Shown here in pieces: positions 1 through 7,398 of a DNA stretch of 32,000 nucleotides (within the stretch, counting starts at the first letter, position 1; each line of letters starts with the position of its first letter). A program made the position numbers and the translations under genes. Location of the stretch: positions 1 to 32,000 of the forward strand of contig CAZXTQ010000001.1 in NCBI GenBank assembly GCA_964643595.1. The letters are read 5' to 3'. The stretch is from an uncultured Methanosarcinales archaeon. GTDB lineage: Archaea > Nanobdellota > Nanobdellia > Woesearchaeales > UBA11576. The notes under the pieces were generated by a model. The model ran no database searches, was not told the DNA's origin, and was given only the letters and a program-made list of their open reading frames with translations.

Positions 1-3000
1 CGATAGATACCGAATCCTTGTACCAGTTGATTATGTTTTTTACACTATCAGAATCTGCGTCGTATGTGCTCACATTATTTGCTGTCAGGTTCTCACTTGT
101 ATAGTTCGTTCCAAGAGATGAGGTAAGTGTCGGATTTGAGTGTGTCGGCGGATAATTTGACTGTCCGTCAAAGTACCATACATTGTTAACGCTTATGTTT
201 CCTCTGTTTGATGTTCCGCCACCTGTTGATATTGTAATATATCCTTGGGTGTATGTGGTATCCGAGCTATTTATCCATACTGTGTCGTTGATAAAGACAA
301 ATACTCCTGACTGATTAAGTTCAATTGTGTAGTTTTGATAACCATCTGTTCCCACATTATTTTCGTTGCTGGCTATCACGGTCTCTGCGCCTGAATCGAC
401 TCTGACGAGTTGTGTTCCTCCATTGTTTCCTTTGAAGCAGACAAAGTAGCCATCACTTGGAGAATAGCCTGTGTTTGTTTCGCAGTTTTCTTGTTCATAA
501 AGCGATCCTGTGCCTATACCAAAATGCCAGCCTCGTCCGGTTCCTAAGTCTTCATCCAGCCAGGCGTCGACCGTGTATTTTGTGAAGTTATTTTTCAAGC
601 CGCTTGTGTGTAGTGTGAGTTCTGATGCGTCATTTTCAGAATCTAGTACATAATAGCCGGTTCCGGTTGCATAGATATCGCTTTCGTCTCCGCTGGTCAT
701 CTGGTTTCCGAAAGCGCTTGAGTTGATTGTCGCTCCGTTGCAGTTATCGTAGTTGCCGCCAGGTCTTTCTGGCTCGGCATTATCTACTATCGTGAGAGTA
801 TTTGACTCGAGCGTGCTTCCGTCAGCTTCGCCATCATTTGGTGTTATCTCTGCTTTCCATACATCTCCTAGCGTTGTCTCCTCAGATACTATTGTGGCAC
901 CACCATTCTGCCATATTTCCTGTACTTGTGTTGGTGTCAGGCTGTGGTTGAAAATCATGAATTCATCTATCTTTCCTTGGAAGTTCCTGTCGCCTGCTTG
1001 TCTGTTTCCTATGTATAATGTGTTGGAAGTATCAGGTACGAATGATGCGATGTTACCGTTTTCGGTTACGTCTGTTCCGTTTACGTAGAATGTCATGCTG
1101 CTTCCATCGTATGTTATTGCTACATGCTGCCACGTGTTTAGGTCTATTACATAATCATTTGTCTGTGCGTATATTGCAGGGTTTGCGTAATGCGCCACTC
1201 TCATGCCTTCATAAGTCTGTGAACCTGATACGGTATTTGACAGGTACCAGACGTAGCCTTTTGTTGCTGAATCACCTTTCTCGACTATCCTTCCGTATGT
1301 TAGTTCTCCGTATCCTGTCGGGTATATCCAGGCAGACATTGTATATCCTGAGCTTGTAAGCTCGATGCTTGGATCATCTGATACAGATATCATGTCATCT
1401 GTGAATGTGTATGCTCCGAAGCCATCATGTCCTCCTGTCTCTGACCAGGCTGCGCCGGTCACTGTTCCGTCATTGCTGTATCCTGAATAGTCTTGTGTAG
1501 CCGTGCTTTCGAATCCGTTTTTGCCTTCGAATGGCAGGTTTAGCACAGCGATAGATACCGAATCCTTGTACCAGTTGATTATGTTTTTTACACTATCAGA
1601 ATCCGCGTCGTATGTGCTTTGGTTATAGACTGTGATGTCCTCGTCTGTGGTGTCTGTTCCGCCTGAACTACTGAGTGTTGGTGTGTTATGCGTTGGTGCT
1701 GTGTTTTCTGCTGCGGCTGGCGCGAACACACCAAGCACGTGTACCAGCCTGCTCGCAGACTGGGACCACCCCATGTTTGTGCTGCCAGCACTAACTATCT
1801 CTTTTGTGCTGATTCCAATTTGTGCGGTTGTCCCTCCAAGATCAACTCTTTCTGTATTGCTTTGTGTGGGGCTGAATTCTCCTGAGCTTCCGCTTCCTAC
1901 CGCGTCAAACACAACGGAATTATCTGTTGTTGTGGTTATGCTGGTTGTTATGCTTGAGGGGTTTCCTGTCGCATAGTTTGTGTTGGTAGCTTCTGGTGCT
2001 TGCTGTGCTGCTCCGTAAATTGATATTGCTCCTGCGTTTGATTCTCGTAATGTTCCTGCGTACGTGACAGATACTGTTGCACTTCCTGAATCAGGATTCA
2101 ATAAGTACCATAGGGACACGCACTGGTCTGCTCCGGAATCATCAAGTTCGTATCCTGCTGCTTTGGTTAATGCTATGCTGTTGTATGTTACTGATGTTGC
2201 TCTGCAGGTGTCTGTTGCGACGCTTTCTGATACTGATTCTGCTTCAACACCTACTACAAGTATCCTGTTTTCGTTTGTGCCTACTGTGTGTGACCATGAC
2301 AATGATGCTGTTCCTGTGGATGAGCTGATTGTATCATCATACCCCATTGGTCCACTTTCGCCAAATCCAGGATCATCAGGAGTGAGAACGAATTCATAAT
2401 CCTGACCAGGAACAAGATCTTCCATAAACAATACCCATTCTCCATAACATGATTGTGTTGTGAAGTTCCAGTCTGCGCACTTATAGAGCATAGTGCCTGT
2501 CGCTGTCACAGTGACTGTTGCGTTGGTGAAGTTCATTGATGTGGGATCGATAGCGTAAACTTCGACATACTCTGTCAGATTCTGCGTTACCTCATCCACA
2601 TCTTCGATATTGATGAGCGAGCTTAGGTTTTCATATATTTCAACATCTTCTATGCTTATCTGTTTGACAGGATGCTCGTCAGGCATGTCGATTATTATGT
2701 TGTATTCTCCTTCATCGATCACTTCTTCTGATTCTCCAGATGTCTTGGTGGCGACTGTCTCTTCAAGAAGCGAATCGATAAACTCGATGTTGGCTCCTGC
2801 TGATTTGCCATCTGCATCCAGTACCGATGCGTTCACAGTGAGTTCTACAGGATTTCCGAACTCGAACACTTCACTGTGGCTTCCGACCACTATTCTGAAC
2901 CTGCGGTTGCTCCAGTTGGATATGACTGCAGTGACTTCTTCTCCTGCCCTTGATTCGTTCACGCTGAGCTCTGCATTGACTTTTCCTTTCACGAATAATG

Positions 3001-4444
3001 GGAGAGCCACTGGACTGTTGTGGTGGAACTTGATTGTCAGTGTGTCTGTTGAGTTATCATACGTTGTATTGTCCAATACTGCATCATAATTCCTGTCGGT
3101 TTTGACCTTGTCATAGCTGACATTTTCTGTAGTGTTTGCCGATAGAATTGTAGCATTCAAAACATTTTCATTAACACCCAGATATTCGGTTGTGTTATCG
3201 AGAGAGTATACAATATCTGATATGTAGAGTACCATTCCTTCGTCAAGCTCTATTTCAAGCCTGTAACGTGGCCTTTCAAATCCTGCAGGCAGTATGCAGG
3301 TATCCGCGCATAGTTCTGTAAATGCATATTTTGGTTTTGGGATGAACCTGACTCTCTTGCTTTCAGCCTCGCCGACTGTGCTTTCGAACCTGACATCTCC
3401 ATCAAGATTCTGGTCAAGATACACTACTTGCGCACTTACATAGTTTGACTCTGTCGAATCATATTTTCCATTGAAAACATACAATGGTGTGTCCCATTCT
3501 GGTTCTTCTGGTGCTACTCCTGCTAGCATGCAGCAGTCTTCTGCTCCGTTGCATACGGTAGTATCGACTCCTTCACTGTTGGACACGATCCACTTGGTGC
3601 ATAATTTGCTCGAATCCACATCCCAGCTGAATTCAGTATCTGCAACAGTTAGATCAACAACTCCATCTTCGATATATGATGTTCCGTCGTCATCTGAGTC
3701 CCACAGTGTTCCTGTGTTATAGTCGAGAACTGTTGTTATTGTCCTTTCTTCAGTTTCCTGTTCAGGAGCCTCTTCAGTTATTTCTTCTTCTACAACATCT
3801 TCCGCAGACGCTTCTTCAACAGATTCTTCTGTCACATTATCAGCAGAAGGGACTTCGCTTGCAGTCACGTCAGGCAGGTCTGTTAATTCGTCTACATACG
3901 CACCTACTTGAGTCACAAAACCTGTTATCACATTTAGTCCATCACTCTGCACACTATCCTGGTCAAGCAATAGATATCTTCTTCCATCAGGTCCTACAAG
4001 GTGTACGCTTGCACTTCCTTCTCCGCTTAACGTACCGCTTATTTTAACAGACTTAAGCTCGAATTCTGCAGGATACGAATCAAGTTCCCACATCAAGTCC
4101 ATGGATGAGGTTACATTTGTATTGACTGATTGTGAATATGTGGTGTACCTCTCGCCGCCTACTACCCAGCCGGTCATTCCTGATTCGAACATGATTGCTC
4201 CAAATATTACTATCATCAGAACAAGTCCTGTTATCCACACTCCTTTCATGTGTGGTTTTGAAAGATGTGATTTCACTCTGTCGATATGTTTTACTATCGG
4301 TCTGGAAACTATGTTGCTCTGCACAGGCCTGCTCACGCTTTTTCCGAGTTCTCTGTTCACACTATCAAGGTCTTTGTTGAGTTTGTGGATATCTCTACCT
4401 GCAAGTGTATCTTCCAGTTCTTCGAATAATGCTTTACGCGGCAT
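1..4444 (-). CDS. Giant cell-surface protein, 5' end complete and 3' end running off the window (at least 1481 codons). Short cytoplasmic N-tail, one TM anchor, acidic linker, then repeated LamG/concanavalin-A-like lectin modules.
   Basis: My manual minus-strand translation is open from the ATG (complement of cat 4442-4444) down to nt 1. It reads MPRKALFEELEDTLAGRDIHKLNKDL...KPHMKGVWITGLVLMIVIFGAIMF (TM), then EEASAEDVVEEEITEEAPEQETEE. A LamG-type signature sits at about 905-1365: SGYTMSAWIYP...WQHVAITYDGSSMTFYVNGT...LYIGNRQAGDRNFQGKIDEFMIFNHSLTPTQVQEIW. The gene is absent from the ORF track because no stop falls in the window. The + strand track ORFs at 753-4505 are antisense shadows. Confidence 0.8.
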   Translation of the reverse strand, partial: MPRKALFEELEDTLAGRDIHKLNKDLDSVNRELGKSVSRPVQSNIVSRPIVKHIDRVKSHLSKPHMKGVWITGLVLMIVIFGAIMFESGMTGWVVGGERYTTYSQSVNTNVTSSMDLMWELDSYPAEFELKSVKISGTLSGEGSASVHLVGPDGRRYLLLDQDSVQSDGLNVITGFVTQVGAYVDELTDLPDVTASEVPSADNVTEESVEEASAEDVVEEEITEEAPEQETEERTITTVLDYNTGTLWDSDDDGTSYIEDGVVDLTVADTEFSWDVDSSKLCTKWIVSNSEGVDTTVCNGAEDCCMLAGVAPEEPEWDTPLYVFNGKYDSTESNYVSAQVVYLDQNLDGDVRFESTVGEAESKRVRFIPKPKYAFTELCADTCILPAGFERPRYRLEIELDEGMVLYISDIVYSLDNTTEYLGVNENVLNATILSANTTENVSYDKVKTDRNYDAVLDNTTYDNSTDTLTIKFHHNSPVALPLFVKGKVNAELSVNESRAGEEVTAVISNWSNRRFRIVVGSHSEVFEFGNPVELTVNASVLDADGKSAGANIEFIDSLLEETVATKTSGESEEVIDEGEYNIIIDMPDEHPVKQISIEDVEIYENLSSLINIEDVDEVTQNLTEYVEVYAIDPTSMNFTNATVTVTATGTMLYKCADWNFTTQSCYGEWVLFMEDLVPGQDYEFVLTPDDPGFGESGPMGYDDTISSSTGTASLSWSHTVGTNENRILVVGVEAESVSESVATDTCRATSVTYNSIALTKAAGYELDDSGADQCVSLWYLLNPDSGSATVSVTYAGTLRESNAGAISIYGAAQQAPEATNTNYATGNPSSITTSITTTTDNSVVFDAVGSGSSGEFSPTQSNTERVDLGGTTAQIGISTKEIVSAGSTNMGWSQSASRLVHVLGVFAPAAAENTAPTHNTPTLSSSGGTDTTDEDITVYNQSTYDADSDSVKNIINWYKDSVSIAVLNLPFEGKNGFESTATQDYSGYSNDGTVTGAAWSETGGHDGFGAYTFTDDMISVSDDPSIELTSSGYTMSAWIYPTGYGELTYGRIVEKGDSATKGYVWYLSNTVSGSQTYEGMRVAHYANPAIYAQTNDYVIDLNTWQHVAITYDGSSMTFYVNGTDVTENGNIASFVPDTSNTLYIGNRQAGDRNFQGKIDEFMIFNHSLTPTQVQEIWQNGGATIVSEETTLGDVWKAEITPNDGEADGSTLESNTLTIVDNAEPERPGGNYDNCNGATINSSAFGNQMTSGDESDIYATGTGYYVLDSENDASELTLHTSGLKNNFTKYTVDAWLDEDLGTGRGWHFGIGTGSLYEQENCETNTGYSPSDGYFVCFKGNNGGTQLVRVDSGAETVIASNENNVGTDGYQNYTIELNQSGVFVFINDTVWINSSDTTYTQGYITISTGGGTSNRGNISVNNVWYFDGQSNYPPTHSNPTLTSSLGTNYTSENLTANNVSTYDADSDSVKNIINWYKDSVSI

Positions 4445-4873
4445 TGTCTTGTTCTGGGCTTTTTTGTTCTGCCCTCTTTTTCTTGGTCCGGGTGTAGACT
4501 GTTGAGACAGTCTTGTCTGATCTGCTGAGTGCGACTGCTATCTGATGGTTGGAGAACTTTGCTTGTTCTCTGAGATATTCTACTACAACTTCAAGGATTG
4601 AAAGTGATCTATCTGTAACAACAGAGAGTGGTATCTGTACGAGTTGTCCTTTTTTGATAGAAGGTTTTTCTGATTCGCGTTTCTTGCGCGACCGGTCATA
4701 AAGTGTCCAGATGTTTCTTTCATCTCTGTTTGTCAGTTCTGCTATCTGGTGGAATGAATATCCTGATGAGTCCTTGAGATACTCTACAATTGCTTCTAGA
4801 AATGAGAGTGCTCTGTCATAGAATATTGTCGTAGGTATGAGTACTTCGGACTGAGAAATAGGCTGTTTGCCAT
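4434..4873 (-). CDS. Tandem helix-turn-helix DNA-binding protein (two ~62-aa sigma-70 region 4/LuxR-like repeats). The frame is open over 4434-4964 but contains no in-frame ATG, GTG or TTG. The nearest ATG (4873-4871) is offset by one base.
   Basis: Minus-frame translation: NGKQPISQSEVLIPTTIFYDRALSFLEAIVEYLKDSSGYSFHQIAELTNRDERNIWTLYDRSRKK followed by KKGQLVQIPLSVVTDRSLSILEVVVEYLREQAKFSNHQIAVALSRSDKTVSTVYTRTKKK, then a stop at 4436-4434. The stop overlaps the ATG of the giant gene by 11 nt. The internal duplication and amphipathic HTH pattern argue for real coding. The start is unresolved. Confidence 0.5.
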
Positions 4874-5003
4874 TCCTTGGCTCTAAAAGACCGCTATTAA
4901 CGACCTCTTCTCCTAAATTAATCTTTTTTAGCCTCTTTTTCGATAAAAAAGCTATATTTTGCCTTTAAGTTACGAAAGGATGATTTTTTCGCATTTTAAT
5001 TAT

Positions 5004-5148
5004 ATCCTACAATGTATGTTTGAACCTTAAATAGTTTTGCATCTGTATGATTATATTTCTTCCTACTATGTGTGTATTTTATCCTACAATGTATGTAATT
5101 TGTCCTACGATGTATGTAAATAATATTTTTCATACTTACAATGTAAGT
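5004..5148. promoter_or_regulatory. Array of five 16-bp direct repeats, consensus (A/T)TCCTAC(A/T/G)ATGT(A/G)TGT. Candidate operator array.
   Basis: Copies at 5004-5019, 5060-5075, 5081-5096 and 5102-5117, plus a degenerate copy at 5133-5148. The three central copies are exactly 21 bp apart. The array lies in the intergenic region upstream of the HTH ORF on the minus strand. Confidence 0.6.
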
Positions 5149-5211
5149 AGAATTGCTTTGTTAATTTGGTTATCACTATATTATATTGTTATTTTTGTAA
5201 AGCTGATCTGC

Positions 5212-6054
5212 TTATACAAGAAGTGGTGTGACAAATACTTCTATCAGTGCCGCAAGGAACAATGCGATGATTGATATTGCCATGATGTCAAGCGAGTCAA
5301 GCATCTGTTTCCTGAATTCGGGTGTTCCAAACTCATGTTTGATTACGCCTATAGATAATATGCCTCCTGCAAGCGCTCCTACAAAATAAGCGACTATTTC
5401 GAATATTCCGTGAGTCATATATTTTAGTACGCCTATAGAAACAAGCTGGGAGTATGCTCCGAAGGAGGGTACTGTGTTGACCATTACTTTGTTCCGGATA
5501 AATATGCCTATCGCAACACCAACTACGGATGCATTCCATGTGAGTATGAATATTGCGCCTGCTCCAAAGAAGAACGACATGACAAAACAGAATATCAGTA
5601 TTTTCATGTTGTTCGCAAGTATGGGCAATGCATTGCCTATTGTTGATATGAAGTTGCCTGTCGGAGTTGCGCTAGTCACCTGCGATATTGTATCGATCTG
5701 CACGCTGAATGCTTCATTCACAGTATTGACTGGAAGCACGACAAAAAGTATCAGGAATGCTGCAACAAATCCAAGAAAAAGGAAAGTGAATGCTGAGACT
5801 GCTTTGCCATGTTCTTTTATCAGCCAGTATTCTTTTTGTGGGGTGTTGTCTTTCATCGCCTCGTATTTAATCATATTATATAATAGAGGCACTGAACATA
5901 TTGCTGTAAGTGTGACCATGATCAGGCTTATGTGTTCTTTGAACACCCACCAGCTCATGAGGAATGAGAATCCTGCATATGCTAATCCGACGAGAAATAA
6001 TTCCCACGGCTCTTTTTCTGCTCTCCGAGGACTAAACAAGGATTCGAGTACCAT
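5212..6054 (-). CDS. Polytopic membrane protein, SpoIIM-like (stage II sporulation protein M / DUF95 family).
   Basis: 280-aa track ORF with about six hydrophobic segments. The motif ILANNMKILIFCFVMSFFFGAGAIFILTWNASVVGVAIG resembles SpoIIM-family proteins. Confidence 0.6.
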   Translation of the reverse strand: MVLESLFSPRRAEKEPWELFLVGLAYAGFSFLMSWWVFKEHISLIMVTLTAICSVPLLYNMIKYEAMKDNTPQKEYWLIKEHGKAVSAFTFLFLGFVAAFLILFVVLPVNTVNEAFSVQIDTISQVTSATPTGNFISTIGNALPILANNMKILIFCFVMSFFFGAGAIFILTWNASVVGVAIGIFIRNKVMVNTVPSFGAYSQLVSIGVLKYMTHGIFEIVAYFVGALAGGILSIGVIKHEFGTPEFRKQMLDSLDIMAISIIALFLAALIEVFVTPLLV

Positions 6055-6456
6055 GTATACTGTTACCTTGGTGAATTCTGTTTAAATAATTTGTGTTTAG
6101 ATGTATGTAATAAGTCTGCTGCACAAAGTGAATATGTGCCGCCTAGCTGACTGTATGTACAATAGCAACGCCGCAGCCGTCTAAAGAGCCTGTGAAATAT
6201 TATTAGATTACGATTCATGCGTGGTGGACGTTAATAGGTGGGTATTCGGTGCTCGCGACGCTGGGGCGTTGCAATTAATTTCAACTCTGCCTATCACAGT
6301 TATAGGGTGGTTCTTGACTTCACAATTCCACCAGGCATCAACATCGCGGGTGAATACACAGGTGGAATTGTAGTATTCGCAGTCTAGCTGACTCCTTACA
6401 TACCAACCGCAGAAACATTTAATAATGATTGTTCGATTAGGTGATGAAAGAGGTGT

Positions 6457-6675
6457 ATGATGCATATAAGGCGTTTGAGTTTGCTTGTAGCATTGATTAT
6501 AATATTTGTCCTTACTGGGATTGCTTTTCTTATGTCTGTTTTAGGTGGTGATCCTGTTACTGGTTCTGCTGTAGGAACTTCTGCAGTTCAACCTATTAGG
6601 TTGAGCATAGTGCTTCCGGGTCTGTTATTCATAGGTTTTGTCCTCCTTACAATCTTTTATCTTGAGAAAAAATAG
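6457..6675 (+). CDS. 72-aa membrane peptide. N-terminal signal/TM segment, Gly/Ser-rich middle, C-terminal TM ending IFYLEKK. Paralog of 19815-20033.
   Basis: Track ORF. It aligns without gaps and at equal length to the 19815-20033 product, sharing GG at residues 30-31 and P.LLF.G.LL..IFYLEK at the C-terminus. Confidence 0.6.
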   Translation: MMHIRRLSLLVALIIIFVLTGIAFLMSVLGGDPVTGSAVGTSAVQPIRLSIVLPGLLFIGFVLLTIFYLEKK

Positions 6676-6685
6676 GTTGCCTGCC

Positions 6686-7387
6686 ATGCCTCAATACAAT
6701 ATAATCCGTTTCGACACTATTGATTCTACTAATTCTTTTTTGAAAGCACATTGCGCAGAGTACCCTGACCTTACGGTCATTGTATCAAAGATACAGACTG
6801 GAGGGAAAGGACGTTTCAACAGGGGGTGGTTATCTCCTGAAGGCGGTCTTTGGTTTTCAGTCCTTGTTCACCATACAAATCCAGAAAAGGCTTTCCTGCT
6901 GACTTTTGCAGCTGCAGTTGCGATGGCCGATACCTTGGCATCTCAGAGTCTTTGCTCAGAGATAAAATGGCCTAATGATCTCCTGGCTAACAGAAAGAAG
7001 CTGTGCGGGATACTTACTGAAAATATTATATCAGGAGATGAGTGCGACAGCATAGTGGGTGTGGGTATTAATATAAACAATGCGCCTCCGCTAGAGACTT
7101 CAACATCTGTGAAGATTGGGCTCGGAAAAGCTGCCGACCCAAATATTCTTCTAGAGCATTTTATGGATTCTTTTGCTGGCTATTGCGGAATGTTTAGACA
7201 AGGTGAGTACACTAATATTATAGATTCATGGAATTCTCATTGGAATGGTAGTGGTAAGAGAATCAGTGTAAATACAATCAAAGGAGGTATATGTGGTATT
7301 GCTAAGGGCATATCTGCTGATGGCGCGTTGATTATACAGACTGATGATGGAGAAGTAGAAATTATTGAAGGTGATCTGTCAATGTAA
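6686..7387 (+). CDS. birA: Biotin--[acetyl-CoA-carboxylase] ligase (BirA catalytic type, no obvious N-terminal HTH).
   Basis: MPQYNIIRFDTIDSTNSFLK, the biotin-binding loop GGKGRFNRGW, and KWPNDL. I prefer the internal ATG at 6686 to the track start at 6638, which overlaps the preceding gene. Confidence 0.85.
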   Translation: MPQYNIIRFDTIDSTNSFLKAHCAEYPDLTVIVSKIQTGGKGRFNRGWLSPEGGLWFSVLVHHTNPEKAFLLTFAAAVAMADTLASQSLCSEIKWPNDLLANRKKLCGILTENIISGDECDSIVGVGININNAPPLETSTSVKIGLGKAADPNILLEHFMDSFAGYCGMFRQGEYTNIIDSWNSHWNGSGKRISVNTIKGGICGIAKGISADGALIIQTDDGEVEIIEGDLSM

Positions 7388-7398
7388 TTGTTTTGGTA

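Noticed and set aside
753-4505. About a dozen + strand track ORFs of 61-159 aa (for example 2610-3089 and 4101-4505).
   Set aside because: They are Ser/Leu/Cys/Val-rich, low-complexity translations lying antisense to a continuous minus-strand frame that encodes recognisable LamG-type sequence. They are shadow ORFs.
5004-5148. Possible miniature CRISPR array.
   Set aside because: The repeats are only 16 bp, the spacers are 5 bp for the phased trio and irregular otherwise, and the repeats show no CRISPR-like palindromic structure. A binding-site array fits better.
5047-5274. 75-aa + strand ORF with a PTMCV/PTMYV/PTMYV repeat.
   Set aside because: The peptide repeat is just the 21-bp-phased DNA repeat read in frame. 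The region is AT-rich intergenic, and the ORF runs into the 3' end of the SpoIIM-like gene on the opposite strand.
6208-6465. 85-aa minus-strand ORF in the GC-rich spacer.
   Set aside because: The translation (MHHTPLSSPNRTIIIKCFCGWYVRSQLDCEYYNSTC...) is Cys/Asn/Thr-rich with no secondary-structure periodicity and no start context. The region is better explained as non-coding structured DNA or RNA.
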